A stretch of DNA of 64,000 nt, taken from NCBI GenBank assembly GCA_964501135.1, contig CAZCRI010000001.1, positions 64,393-128,392 of the forward strand, given 5' to 3'. A model generated the notes under the pieces. The model was not told the origin of the DNA, searched no databases, and was given only the letters and a program-made list of their open reading frames with translations. Both the position numbers and the translations under genes were made by a program. Below are positions 19,800 to 30,046 of this stretch, piece after piece (within the stretch, counting starts at the first letter, position 1; each line of letters begins with the position of its first letter). This DNA comes from an uncultured Candidatus Saccharibacteria bacterium (lineage in GTDB: Bacteria; Patescibacteriota; CPR2; UBA1875; CAIMLA01).

Positions 19800-20330
19800 A
19801 TGACACTAAGAAAAGAAGTAAAAGGTTTTACCCTGATAGAGCTGATGGTAGTAATGGCAATTATTGCCGTACTAGCAACTCTTATCATTGGAGCTATCCA
19901 GCTTGCTAGAACAACAGCAACTGAAACGGCACATCGTTCAAATGCCAAGACAGTTCAGACGGCACTTGAGAGTACTTTTGCCAAGAACCGTCGCTACTGT
20001 GATGCGACATCAGAAGCTGCAGCTGCAGGGACAAAGGTTGTTTGCGGTTCCTATAGTTTGAGTGCCATTACTGCTAATGATCTTTTGAAGACAAGCCTAT
20101 CTACGGGGGTTAGCACAGACGCACCTTGTAATAGCGGTGGAATAAGAGAAGGCGGCGGTGCAGTACGTGTACAGCAGTCTGCTTACGCAATACTAACAGC
20201 AAACGCTGCTTGTAACGCTTGGACTTCCTTCGAGGATGTTATCCAGGTAAACGGTGACGTCACTTCAGCCAATATGCAGTCAGGGGACTATGCATTTAGT
20301 AATACCGATTTAGGCGTTGCAGCAGAGTAA
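19800..20330 (+). CDS. pilA: Type IV (major) pilin with class III signal peptide
   Basis: KGFTLIELMVVMAII prepilin motif: cleavage after Gly, Glu at +5. The C-terminal region carries Cys pairs. Confidence 0.8.
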   Translation: MTLRKEVKGFTLIELMVVMAIIAVLATLIIGAIQLARTTATETAHRSNAKTVQTALESTFAKNRRYCDATSEAAAAGTKVVCGSYSLSAITANDLLKTSLSTGVSTDAPCNSGGIREGGGAVRVQQSAYAILTANAACNAWTSFEDVIQVNGDVTSANMQSGDYAFSNTDLGVAAE

Positions 20331-20343
20331 TACAATCTAACAT

Positions 20344-20371
20344 AAAGAGGTTGCTTCGGTAGCCTCTTTTT
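20344..20371 (+). terminator. Rho-independent terminator after the pilin gene
   Basis: AAGAGG...CCTCTT hairpin followed by a T5 run. Confidence 0.55.
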
Positions 20372-20466
20372 ATATTTCTACTATTATCAGGGCTAATCTC
20401 GCTAGGTCGTAACAAAAGGGCGTGGCAGAGCTATCCTATTTATCAGTTTCCGATTATAATTAAGTA

Positions 20467-21294
20467 ATGCTATATATGTTATATCTATTTATATTTATTT
20501 TAGGTCTAGTACTTGGTTCTTTTGTAAATGCCCTAGAGTATCGGGTAGAAAAAAATATTTCTATTGGAGGTCGGTCATTTTGTCCAAAGTGTAAGCATCT
20601 GCTTGCGTGGTATGACTTGGTTCCGGTATTTTCTTGGATTGGGCTTGGTGGCAAATGTAGGTATTGTAAAGAACCTATCTCTGCTCAATATCCGATCGTA
20701 GAAGTTATTAGCGGTTTTTCTTTGGTTATTATGGCCTTTTCTTATGGGATAGCAGGACGAATACAATCGTTATTGATTGGAACTCCTGTGGGAATATATT
20801 ATGCCTTTTTGTTGTTGCTTGGGGCTGCAATAGTTTCTACTGTTCTTATTTTGGTCGCCTTACACGACTATAAGACAGGATATGTATTATCGGGATATGT
20901 TTATCTGGCTGCAGCAGTGGCACTTGTTTTGGCGGTTTACACCGTGGATGGGTTCGCGGGGTGGCAGGTGTTACAGCTATATATCTATACGGCTCTCGGG
21001 GCAGCACTGCCCTTTGGACTAATCTGGGCGGTTTCGCGCGGCAAGTGGATGGGGGCTGGGGATATCGAGCTGGCCTTCTTGATCGGCCTGCTACTAGGAT
21101 GGCCAGGTACCATAATCTCGATGTACTTTTCGTTTATCGTCGGTTCTGTCGTGGGACTTCTGCTCGTTCTCAACAAGCGCACAAAGCTAAAGTCAGAAAT
21201 TTCTTTCGGCCCCTTTCTGATAGCTGGGGTCTACTTTGCCCTACTTTTTTCACAGCAAATAGCTGATGGTTATGTTAGAATATTCCTAGGCTAG
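20467..21294 (+). CDS. pilD: Prepilin peptidase PilD (A24 family) / N-methyltransferase
   Basis: N-terminal CPKC...CRYC zinc motifs. A polytopic membrane protein directly downstream of the pilin gene. Confidence 0.85.
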   Translation: MLYMLYLFIFILGLVLGSFVNALEYRVEKNISIGGRSFCPKCKHLLAWYDLVPVFSWIGLGGKCRYCKEPISAQYPIVEVISGFSLVIMAFSYGIAGRIQSLLIGTPVGIYYAFLLLLGAAIVSTVLILVALHDYKTGYVLSGYVYLAAAVALVLAVYTVDGFAGWQVLQLYIYTALGAALPFGLIWAVSRGKWMGAGDIELAFLIGLLLGWPGTIISMYFSFIVGSVVGLLLVLNKRTKLKSEISFGPFLIAGVYFALLFSQQIADGYVRIFLG

Positions 21295-21300
21295 GAGGGC

Positions 21301-21963
21301 ATGATTACAATACTAAAAAGCAAGAAAAGTGGTTTCACAATCGTTGAGATCATGGTTGTGATGGCGATAATGGCGATGATGTCCGTACTCGGTATTTTGG
21401 CTATGGTCGGCATTAACAATGGCGTTATCGCGGATCGTGCGGCAGAGAGTATCCTGAACCAGATCAGAGAGGCACAAAACAAAGCATTCTCTGTGGCTTC
21501 GGTAAAAGACGCAACTACTGGCCAGACCATCTATCCAGTTGCTTGGGGTGTAACGGTGACTAAGTCACAGGACGGTCAGGGAGTTTCTTCGTTTTATATT
21601 CAGGAAATCGGCAAGACGGATAAATTTGTCTTAACTAAGATGGCTGGAGAGACAGCAATCGCAAGTTATTCTGTGGATAGCTTGATACCGGAGGATACAG
21701 GGACAAACCCAGATTCGGTCTCTTTGATTTATACGGCACCATTTGGTGGATATTTTGCCTCTACCAAGGATCAGACGAATTTATGTCAAACTGACGATGC
21801 TGCCTATTGTTCTACTTTAGACGTGATACCTTATGATTTTCGATATGCAAGTGCAGGGAATGCAAATAGCATAAAGGCAAAGATAGACATAAACATATCT
21901 TTTCGTGGCTCCACGAAGGCGATAACGGTAGAGAATAACGGACAGGCGGGGATTAGTGAGTAG
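21301..21963 (+). CDS. Minor pilin / pseudopilin
   Basis: SGFTIVEIMVV prepilin motif with Glu at +5. Confidence 0.7.
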   Translation: MITILKSKKSGFTIVEIMVVMAIMAMMSVLGILAMVGINNGVIADRAAESILNQIREAQNKAFSVASVKDATTGQTIYPVAWGVTVTKSQDGQGVSSFYIQEIGKTDKFVLTKMAGETAIASYSVDSLIPEDTGTNPDSVSLIYTAPFGGYFASTKDQTNLCQTDDAAYCSTLDVIPYDFRYASAGNANSIKAKIDINISFRGSTKAITVENNGQAGISE

Positions 21964-22456
21964 AAAAGGCGAAAGTATAGTCGAGGTTGTGGTGGCTTGT
22001 GGCATCTTGTCACTTCTCTTTGCGGGTGTAGTCACTATGATTGTCTCGTCGGTTGCCCTGAATAATGACGCTAGACTTCGCATGGAGGCCGTATCTCTGG
22101 CCCAGAGCAAGCTAAACACATATGTAGTTGGCGGAGCTGGAGAACTTCAGAGTGGCAGTTGTTTGATTGGTATTACCGTTGGAGATGTTGCAACACCTGT
22201 GAGCGGAGATATTGTCCCCGACGGAGGTTGCAAACAAGTTAGTGACGGCAATCTTAAAGAATATTTAGATAAAATAGCCGTAGATCCTACAAAGTGTGAT
22301 TATATTTCTGTTCGCAAACCAAGCGCAGCAGAGGAGGCAAGTATTGGACTACTCGGAGATAATGCATTTGTGGTTGTTGAGTCTCATGTCCGATGGGTTT
22401 CAAGGGGGTTAGGCCCTGAGAGTTATGTAATCAGTAAATTGCAGGCTGCAAGATGA
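21956..22456 (+). CDS. Minor pilin (PilV-like)
   Basis: KGESIVEVVVA prepilin-like motif with Glu at +5. Confidence 0.6.
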   Translation: MSRKGESIVEVVVACGILSLLFAGVVTMIVSSVALNNDARLRMEAVSLAQSKLNTYVVGGAGELQSGSCLIGITVGDVATPVSGDIVPDGGCKQVSDGNLKEYLDKIAVDPTKCDYISVRKPSAAEEASIGLLGDNAFVVVESHVRWVSRGLGPESYVISKLQAAR

Positions 22457-23025
22457 TAGTACAAAAGAGAGGTATGACCATTATTGAGCTCGTAATCGCA
22501 GTAACGCTATTTACCGTGGTGGTGACTTTGGCAATTGGTGGTTTTACTGCCGTAGCTCGGATGAAGACATTGATGGTAGATATGAAGAATACTCAGCAGA
22601 AAGCGCGCCTAATCTACGAGACAGTCTATCGCTTTGCAAAGGAAGCGGATGTGGTCACGGTTTCCTCGGATCACAATAAGCTAGTACTAGATTATTTCGA
22701 TGATGCTGGAAGCAGGGAGGTTCAGAAGATTTTTGTTCTAGAAGACGAACAATCGGCGAGTTTCATGTACTATTCGTGTCTAGGTACAGATAATTATGCA
22801 GAGGGGGAATATGATACCAACATTGCTTGCAATAAAGAAGAGCTCCTAACCGGGACTAGAACTAGTACTTATGAGATAACCAAAGTAAATGGCGAAGGAT
22901 TTTTTACTTACGAGAAGAGTATTCCACCTACCCTGAGTCTACGTATGGTGATCAAAAATACCCGCTCGGATAATGATCCCGAGATTAAGCTAGACAATGT
23001 AATCATTCTGGAGAATGTAAAATGA
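22453..23025 (+). CDS. Minor pilin (PilW-like)
   Basis: RGMTIIELVIAV prepilin motif. Confidence 0.65.
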   Translation: MIVQKRGMTIIELVIAVTLFTVVVTLAIGGFTAVARMKTLMVDMKNTQQKARLIYETVYRFAKEADVVTVSSDHNKLVLDYFDDAGSREVQKIFVLEDEQSASFMYYSCLGTDNYAEGEYDTNIACNKEELLTGTRTSTYEITKVNGEGFFTYEKSIPPTLSLRMVIKNTRSDNDPEIKLDNVIILENVK

Positions 23026-24530
23026 GACAGAGGGGAGCATCCTTAGTTTGGACTGTAATTGTTTGTGGGGTTCTTATGATTGTGGCGACTACAATGTCGA
23101 CAGCAATCGTTAAGGAGTCTCAGATGAGTGTCCGCATGGATGATTCAGCGAGGGCTTATGCAGCTGCAGAGTCGGGTGTAACGTGGGCAAAGTGGTGTCT
23201 GGCCTCCAGGGGTGTGTCCGGTGGCTGTTTCACAACCACGAATATGGCAGAAGCACTTTGGGACTCGTCTGGTAATATCCTAGGACCATATGAAAGCGGT
23301 ACTTTCAAGATAACGGACACCAAAAATGAGGTAAGCTACAAGGTGACGATTACGGCCGGTTGCTCTCTGGACCAAATTACAGCAAAAACCTGTGCTGGTG
23401 CAGATTATATTATTTTGAGCCGGGGGAGCTCTGGTACAGTAAATCGCAGCATCGAGTATTCGCTCGGCAAGAGTACTTCCGAGGTTGCTTATAATAACGA
23501 TACAGTAACTTCGAGCCAAAATCGGCTTGAAGATAAGTTGACAATAAACGGCAGCTTTTCAGCGGAGTTCTATTATTGGCAACCAGAGCCTGCAAACCCC
23601 TTAGATACGAAAATATTAAAATTTAAAAATATTGTTAACGACTCTTACGTTGGTGTAGAGCTACTCGCGAATGGCTTTGATATTGCGTCTTCGAATGGCA
23701 CAAAAACGACGAATACAACGATTCCTGTCGATACTACTACTCTGAGTAGGCCATTTGGCACTAGAATCTCGCTTCAATATATCAAGGGGGTTGCCTTCAA
23801 GATGGATGTTTATTCGCTTTCGGAAACCTCTGGGAAATACGTGTGCAGTGGTACCAAAACGGTTCGTTTTGATCCAGACGCACCGAACCTAATGGGTGCA
23901 GAAAATGCCAAACTTACTATCGAGGGAGGCAGCGTGAGCGTAAGTGATGAAAAAATTAGCACGATATATTATCACAAGTATAACGTTGATTCAAAATATG
24001 GTGCTATAGCCAACTTTAGGTGGTCCGGGATTACAACAACAGCAGCGATTGCCGCGCCTCCGGCCGAAGTTGTTAGTGATCCGACCGGTGATGTGAATAT
24101 TACTCGTTTCATTTCTTACCCGGGAAATACTACTATGCCGACAATTACGGCTACATTAAATCGAAGTAATGATGCAGGTGATCCCGTGGGGACACTGGTT
24201 CTCACAGCTTCTGGTAGCGGTCAAAGTACATATTCTGTGGTTCAATCACTGACCGGCCTAGATCCTTGGGTTGACTTACTGGGTTCGGGGAATCCCGCAG
24301 TAACCGGTACAATCTCGGCGGGACAGACATTTACCTTTAATCTGTACTCAATTCACCATACCTACACCGGAAACAACAGCTATTATACTTTCCCAGCCGT
24401 GAAAATTACTGGTTCGGCGATAAAGAGTGAAATAAAGTTTGACCGCTTCTGCCTAGACGTGGATGAGGCAGGTAATGGAGCTGTTGCTGACGCAGATTCT
24501 GAGAATCCCCAGTGCAACTATACTCCTTAG
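23022..24530 (+). CDS. Large PilX-like minor pilin / candidate pilus tip adhesin
   Basis: N-terminal QRGASLVWTVIV hydrophobic segment (PilX_N-like, no Glu at +5). 502 aa with a Thr/Ser/Asn-rich globular region. Last gene of the pilus operon. Confidence 0.55.
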   Translation: MRQRGASLVWTVIVCGVLMIVATTMSTAIVKESQMSVRMDDSARAYAAAESGVTWAKWCLASRGVSGGCFTTTNMAEALWDSSGNILGPYESGTFKITDTKNEVSYKVTITAGCSLDQITAKTCAGADYIILSRGSSGTVNRSIEYSLGKSTSEVAYNNDTVTSSQNRLEDKLTINGSFSAEFYYWQPEPANPLDTKILKFKNIVNDSYVGVELLANGFDIASSNGTKTTNTTIPVDTTTLSRPFGTRISLQYIKGVAFKMDVYSLSETSGKYVCSGTKTVRFDPDAPNLMGAENAKLTIEGGSVSVSDEKISTIYYHKYNVDSKYGAIANFRWSGITTTAAIAAPPAEVVSDPTGDVNITRFISYPGNTTMPTITATLNRSNDAGDPVGTLVLTASGSGQSTYSVVQSLTGLDPWVDLLGSGNPAVTGTISAGQTFTFNLYSIHHTYTGNNSYYTFPAVKITGSAIKSEIKFDRFCLDVDEAGNGAVADADSENPQCNYTP

Positions 24531-24532
24531 AA

Positions 24533-25471
24533 CTATTTGCTGTGAAAAGCCTTGTGGACTTCTCGTAGTTGCTTGTTGGTGACATGAGTATATATTTGCG
24601 TTGTTGTGATGCTGGAGTGGCCGAGCATTTCCTGAACGCTTCGTAGATCAGCCCCGTTTATTAAAAGGTCGGTGGCGAAACTGTGGCGCATAACGTGCGG
24701 AGTAACATCCTTGATGATACCGGCTAGTTTCGTGTACTTTTTGATAATTCGCTGAACACTGCGGGGAGTAAGGCGCATATACTCACCGTTTTCTTCACTG
24801 TCTTTGAGTCCACCAACGTGAGTGAATAGGGGTTTCTCATCTCTGGATCGGATCTTGAGATAGTCAGAAATGGCGTCTTTGGCTGCGTCGGAGAGAAAGA
24901 CAATCCGTTCCTTGTCTCCCTTGCCCCGGACCATAAATTCGCCACGTTCGAGATTGATGTCATCGATGTCGAGGGCAGTAAGTTCACTAACCCGGAGCCC
25001 AGTGGAAAAGAGGGTCTGGATGATAGCTTTATCTCTCAGCGTAATCTCGTTATTTTTATTTGGGTTTTTCTCGGGTGCCCTTAGAAGTTCCTCGACCTCG
25101 GTGATTTCTAGAAAGGTAAAAGACTTCTTACTAGCCCCAGAGAGCTCCAATTTCTCCGCAGCCAGACAAGGTATGTCACGCTTCGCGAGATACTTTAGAA
25201 AGGCACGCAGGGCTATTACATGGTAATTCTGGGTTATCTTCTCCAGACTTTCCCCGCGGCCACTGTCCAGTCGGTTTAGGTACAACCGATATTTACGAAC
25301 GAGATTTGCCGTAACATCGCCAGGGCGAATATTCTCTCGACGTTTTTCTTTTTGGGCAAACGCGAGAAATCTGCCAAGATAGTGCTCATAATTGCGTATA
25401 GTAAGTTCACTGTGCCCACGCTCGATTTCACAGTATTCTAGAAACTCATTGATTAGGTCTTCTAGATCCAT
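24533..25471 (-). CDS. xerC: Tyrosine recombinase XerC/XerD family
   Basis: Catalytic signature R...HxxR...Y in ...HVMRHSFATDLLINGADLRSVQEMLGHSSITTTQIYTHV. Confidence 0.85.
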   Translation of the reverse strand: MDLEDLINEFLEYCEIERGHSELTIRNYEHYLGRFLAFAQKEKRRENIRPGDVTANLVRKYRLYLNRLDSGRGESLEKITQNYHVIALRAFLKYLAKRDIPCLAAEKLELSGASKKSFTFLEITEVEELLRAPEKNPNKNNEITLRDKAIIQTLFSTGLRVSELTALDIDDINLERGEFMVRGKGDKERIVFLSDAAKDAISDYLKIRSRDEKPLFTHVGGLKDSEENGEYMRLTPRSVQRIIKKYTKLAGIIKDVTPHVMRHSFATDLLINGADLRSVQEMLGHSSITTTQIYTHVTNKQLREVHKAFHSK

Positions 25472-25611
25472 AATACTAATATACTCGTTTGGAACATATT
25501 GTGCGACACAAAGTGCAGTGTTTTCGTTCGTGCGTTGACAAAGTATCCTCTTGGCACCATAATAATTTTATTGATTGCAGTGAAGGATATGGCTGCTTAA
25601 CGTGGAGGGGT

Positions 25612-27441
25612 ATGATTCGACGCACTAGGAGTCGCAAGGGTTTATCAATAACCTACTATAGCTCCAGAATAAACAACGAACTTTTTGAAAGAGGCTTTCA
25701 GAAGAGATTTGCCCTTTTTCTTTTGTTATTTTTCGTATTTCAGGCCCTTAGTCCCTTTCTAAGTGTGGTGCGTAAGGGTTTTGTTCGAGCGGCTTCGCCA
25801 ACCCTAAGTCGCGTTGTACCGATCGCCGACACTGGTACTACAGTAAGCAATTCTCTGGTTGTGGTTCAATCGAATGTTGACCTAAACTCAGCTACCATAA
25901 GCCACACTACGGCTAGGATCGTGCAATATAGCAATTCCGTATGGGCTGATAAGGCTAGTTTTGCAACCGCCACTTATGAAGCGACCTCAAAAACCATTAT
26001 CTTTGATCCCGGTGAAACAATTGCCAACTACTTCACTACGAACGGCAAGTACTCGATAGTATTAGAGGGAGTAATTGATGCTAATGGTAATACGGTAACC
26101 GGGTGGACAAGCACTGACGTCGACAGTCACGATTTTACTTTTGGTACAGTGGCTACAGATAGCTCTGCTCCGGTAATTTCAGCAGTAAATTATTCCAGCG
26201 TTACTGATTCGGCAGCAACTTTTACATGGCATACAGATGAAGCAGCTACTTATAGTGTTTCAGCGGCAACTCACACGTACTTCACAGCTCATCCTGACAC
26301 CTACGATATCTGGTCACCAGTGACAAGGGTGTATACAGATTCTGGGAATAACCATACACTGACTTTGTCAGGGTTATTGGCAAATACCATCTACCACTTT
26401 CGTGTGATTTCCACAGATACGGCTGGTAATGCGGTTCAATCCGCTGATGCAACCTTTGTAACAGCTGCAGATGCTACCGCGCCGACGTTAACTCTGACGG
26501 CGCCAAGTGGAGTGTCGGGCAACGTTATCCTGACTGCGAATGAAGCCCTTGATCCGACAACGGTTTCGGCTGCAAACGTAAAGGTTTGGAAATGCGTTAC
26601 GGACAGTTATGCAGTCTGTCCGCTGCCTCCTGTGGCAGTTACCCTCGCCACCCCAGCACTTTCAAATGGTGACAAGACCATAACCTTGAATCCAAGTGGG
26701 AGCCTACAGTATTCCACAAGGTATTTTGTAACCGCAGAGAATGTAAAGGACACATCCGGGAACTTACTTACAGGTTGGACTTGGACGACAAATGAGCAGG
26801 CAGGTCATTACTTCGACACTGTCAACGAGTTAGGACAGGCCTATGACGTCACGAATACTGAACAGACTTATGTAATCGGAGGAGTGAGTTTTCGCTTTCA
26901 CGATGCAGATACAGGGAATGCTGGGGGAAACCTCAGCACTGATGATACCATCACGGGCCTAGACCTAAATGTAGTTTCAGTGACGAGTGGAAATACTGCC
27001 CCAAGCGGCAAGAAGGTACTATCGGCATATGACATCACGGCTTACGACCAGGCAAAGCAGCCGTTTAGTTCTGGTTTTAAATTGAGCCTGACGATTCCTT
27101 ACCCTAGTGGCTATTCTTATCAATCCGGAGATGTCGTTGCTTATTGGACTGGTAGTCAGTGGAGTACAGTAGAGGAGCTGTCGCACACTACTAGCGCGAT
27201 TACAGTTGATACTACTCATTTCTCTGAATATGCTATCTTACAGGCGGCGTCAACTACGAGCACAGGCACAAATACTACGGGGACAAATGGTGATACCGTC
27301 TCGGAGAGTGGTGCTACTACTCTGCCGGCAACGGGGGCAAGCCTGCTTAATATCTTACTCAATATGCTGCTTGCCGTCTCGTGTGTACTGGTTCTCTCGA
27401 TGGTAACTCGAAGAACAAGACTCTCATTCATTCTAGAATAA
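25612..27441 (+). CDS. LPXTG-anchored cell-surface protein with FN3-like and SbsA-Ig/Big-like domains
   Basis: GGAGGGG RBS followed by an ATG, and an N-terminal signal/TM segment. The C-terminus LPATG is followed by a hydrophobic stretch and an RRTR tail, which is a sortase sorting signal. Internal W.T.....Y.V motifs. Confidence 0.65.
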   Translation: MIRRTRSRKGLSITYYSSRINNELFERGFQKRFALFLLLFFVFQALSPFLSVVRKGFVRAASPTLSRVVPIADTGTTVSNSLVVVQSNVDLNSATISHTTARIVQYSNSVWADKASFATATYEATSKTIIFDPGETIANYFTTNGKYSIVLEGVIDANGNTVTGWTSTDVDSHDFTFGTVATDSSAPVISAVNYSSVTDSAATFTWHTDEAATYSVSAATHTYFTAHPDTYDIWSPVTRVYTDSGNNHTLTLSGLLANTIYHFRVISTDTAGNAVQSADATFVTAADATAPTLTLTAPSGVSGNVILTANEALDPTTVSAANVKVWKCVTDSYAVCPLPPVAVTLATPALSNGDKTITLNPSGSLQYSTRYFVTAENVKDTSGNLLTGWTWTTNEQAGHYFDTVNELGQAYDVTNTEQTYVIGGVSFRFHDADTGNAGGNLSTDDTITGLDLNVVSVTSGNTAPSGKKVLSAYDITAYDQAKQPFSSGFKLSLTIPYPSGYSYQSGDVVAYWTGSQWSTVEELSHTTSAITVDTTHFSEYAILQAASTTSTGTNTTGTNGDTVSESGATTLPATGASLLNILLNMLLAVSCVLVLSMVTRRTRLSFILE

Positions 27442-27509
27442 GGTGCGAATCTTTGGCAGATATTCCTCGGTCGTGGCTTTTCTAGTTCAAACTTGCTAAA
27501 ATACATAAG

Positions 27510-28313
27510 ATGAATATACCTACAGCTATTATTTTTGGACTGATACAGGGTTTTGGGGAGATGTTGCCAATATCGAGCTCAGCCCACCTAGTTCTTTTCC
27601 CATATCTATTTGGATTTACCGACCCGGGACTTGCCTTTGACGTTGCCTTACATCTGGGCACCCTAGCGGCCATTCTAGGCTACTTTTGGCGTGATTGGGC
27701 AGATATGGCGGCAGTGCTCCTAAAACTTGCCAGGGAGCGTAAGGTGACCTCACAGAGCCAAAAGCTTGCAGGCTTGTTGTTTGTAGCTAGTGTCCCTGGG
27801 GCAATCTTTGGTTTTCTCCTGGGGGATTTGGCCGAGAGTACATTTCGGAACCCACTTTTAATTGCCTTTACCCTGGTCGTGGCGGGTGTTTTACTTTACT
27901 TTGCGGATCATACCGATAAAGGCGGACGCACGCTCAAGGAGCTTCGGGTTCGTGACGCTGTAGTCATTGGATTAGCGCAAGCGGTGGCGATAATCCCGGG
28001 TGTTTCTAGGTCTGGAGCCACTATTACTGCAGGGCTCTTCTCTGGAATTAAGCGTGAGGAAGCAGCACGCTTTTCCTTCCTGATGTCGGCGCCGATTATC
28101 GCTGGTGCCGCTCTGGTAAAGGTAACGAAGCTTGATGCTTCCATGGTGGCATCGTTCCCGTTCTGGGTTGCGATGTTCGCTGCGGTAATCTCCTCGATAC
28201 TAGCTATCCGTCTGCTGCTGAGCCTGGTGCGTAAACAGCATTTCGACGTCTTTGTTTGGTATCGTTTCGCCTTGGCGGCGGTTGTTTTGATAGTTTATTT
28301 ATTGAAAGGATAG
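27510..28313 (+). CDS. uppP: Undecaprenyl-diphosphatase UppP/BacA
   Basis: Conserved GFGEMLPISSSAHL and SRSGATI motifs. Polytopic membrane protein. Confidence 0.9.
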   Translation: MNIPTAIIFGLIQGFGEMLPISSSAHLVLFPYLFGFTDPGLAFDVALHLGTLAAILGYFWRDWADMAAVLLKLARERKVTSQSQKLAGLLFVASVPGAIFGFLLGDLAESTFRNPLLIAFTLVVAGVLLYFADHTDKGGRTLKELRVRDAVVIGLAQAVAIIPGVSRSGATITAGLFSGIKREEAARFSFLMSAPIIAGAALVKVTKLDASMVASFPFWVAMFAAVISSILAIRLLLSLVRKQHFDVFVWYRFALAAVVLIVYLLKG

Positions 28314-28314
28314 C

Positions 28315-28779
28315 ATGTTACTAAATTCCCTGATTGTTTTTGTTTTGGCGGCGATGCCAATAATCGAGCTTCGTGGCGCACTCCCAATCGCAATTTTCTC
28401 TTATGGAATGTCACCTTGGTTTGCCTACGTCCTCTGTGTCATTGGCTCATTTGCTCCGACTATCGTGATTGTGTATCTTTTGGGGCCAGTTTCGGACTTT
28501 TTGCGTAAACATATCCGCTTCTTTGAATGGTTCTTTGCTAAGCTTTTTCACTATGCCCGAGATAAGCATAGTAAGAAGATAGAGACTCTGAAGGATGCAA
28601 CAGTATTTATCATTGCGGCTTTGCCAATTCCGCTAGCTGGTGCTTGGAGTGCCGCTCTTGCAGCTTTCGTCTTTAATGTACCACCGAAGAAGTCATTGCC
28701 TTTGATGTTTGCCGGAACAATGGTTGCAGGGGCTGCTGTGCTGATTATCACTCTCGGTTTCAAGGCGGTGGTGAAATGA
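28315..28779 (+). CDS. Small membrane protein, putative small multidrug-export (COG2426/Sm_multidrug_ex) family
   Basis: 154 aa with 4 TM helices and the characteristic IELRGALPIAI motif. Confidence 0.45.
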   Translation: MLLNSLIVFVLAAMPIIELRGALPIAIFSYGMSPWFAYVLCVIGSFAPTIVIVYLLGPVSDFLRKHIRFFEWFFAKLFHYARDKHSKKIETLKDATVFIIAALPIPLAGAWSAALAAFVFNVPPKKSLPLMFAGTMVAGAAVLIITLGFKAVVK

Positions 28780-30041
28780 GTATCGTAACGACAAAACTAA
28801 AGAACGGCATTCGAGTTATTACCGACGAAGTTCCAGCGGCCGAATCGTTTACCTTGCTGGTCCTCATTCGCACCGGTTCCCGTAACGAAACTCCCGACAT
28901 CTGGGGGATATCACACTTTTTGGAGCATATGGCCTTCAAGGGAATCCCGAGTTTCCCAACTGCAGAGTTGTTAAACAAAGAACTGGATTCACTTGGCGCT
29001 ATGTATAATGCCTTTACTTCCAAGGAGTATACGGGATATTACGTGAAGGGAAGCAAGTACATCTTTGATCGAGCCCTCTCGATTATAAGTGAGATGACAA
29101 CAAGCCCGATTATTCTCGACGAAGAGGTTGATCGCGAACGCGGAACAATCGTCGAAGAAATAAACATGTATGAGGATGATCCAAGACGCAAGATTATGGA
29201 TAACTTCGAGGAGTCACTCTATACCAACTTGCAGGTGGCGCAGAATGTGACTGGGACCAAGCAGTCGCTCGCTGGAATTCATGCCAAGGAAATTCACGAA
29301 TATCGGGACAAGCATTATGTCGCCGAGAACTTATATATTTCGATTGCGGGTGCTGTGCCCTCAGGAATCGTTGAGCAGCTGGAGAAATTATTTGCAGCCG
29401 TTCCGGCCCAGAAGACAGCTTTCCTTCCCGAGATAGAGCATGCAGTAAAAAAAGTAAACATTGAATACAAGGACACCCAGCAGACTCATATGGCGATCGG
29501 TTTCCCGGGGGTGGCTATGAACGATGGGGAGATGGAAGTTGCAAAGTTACTCTCGATTATTCTGGGTGGCAATATGAGCTCTAGGATGTTCAGCGAAGTG
29601 AGGGAGCGCCGAGGGCTTGCTTACTATATTCGCACTTATAGCGACAATATGTACGATACCGGCGCGTTTGCAACGTTTGCCAGCGTCAATAACGAGAAAG
29701 CGGTGGAGGCTGCTAGCGTAATGGCGGATGTGTATCAGGGAGTACTGGGGAATGTTTCTCCAGAAGAACTGCGTAGAGCCAAGGATTTTGCCACCGGGAT
29801 GCTTACCCTCCAATACGAAGATAGTGAGTATCGAAGTGAGGTAAATGCCATGATGTCCTTGTATGAGATTACTCTCGCAAATCTGCAAGAGAGAATTGCC
29901 ACGATTGAAGCGATAACCTTAGAACAAGTCCACGCAGTGGCGGAAAAATTGCTCAATTTCGACCGGGTTTGCCTTTCGCTCATCGGACCCTTTAAAAACG
30001 AAGCAGAATTTGCTAAAATACTGGAGTTAAAAAGTAAATAA
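28776..30041 (+). CDS. M16-family zinc peptidase (insulinase/pitrilysin-like)
   Basis: Inverted zinc motif HFLEHMAFKG (HxxEH) near the N-terminus. 421 aa. Confidence 0.85.
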   Translation: MSIVTTKLKNGIRVITDEVPAAESFTLLVLIRTGSRNETPDIWGISHFLEHMAFKGIPSFPTAELLNKELDSLGAMYNAFTSKEYTGYYVKGSKYIFDRALSIISEMTTSPIILDEEVDRERGTIVEEINMYEDDPRRKIMDNFEESLYTNLQVAQNVTGTKQSLAGIHAKEIHEYRDKHYVAENLYISIAGAVPSGIVEQLEKLFAAVPAQKTAFLPEIEHAVKKVNIEYKDTQQTHMAIGFPGVAMNDGEMEVAKLLSIILGGNMSSRMFSEVRERRGLAYYIRTYSDNMYDTGAFATFASVNNEKAVEAASVMADVYQGVLGNVSPEELRRAKDFATGMLTLQYEDSEYRSEVNAMMSLYEITLANLQERIATIEAITLEQVHAVAEKLLNFDRVCLSLIGPFKNEAEFAKILELKSK

Positions 30042-30046
30042 AGTCC

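Noticed and set aside
24533-25471. The XerC/D recombinase as the integrase of a mobile element carrying the pilus locus or the LPXTG gene.
   Set aside because: No att-like repeats and no tRNA boundary are nearby. It is a single xer-like gene, consistent with chromosomal dimer resolution.
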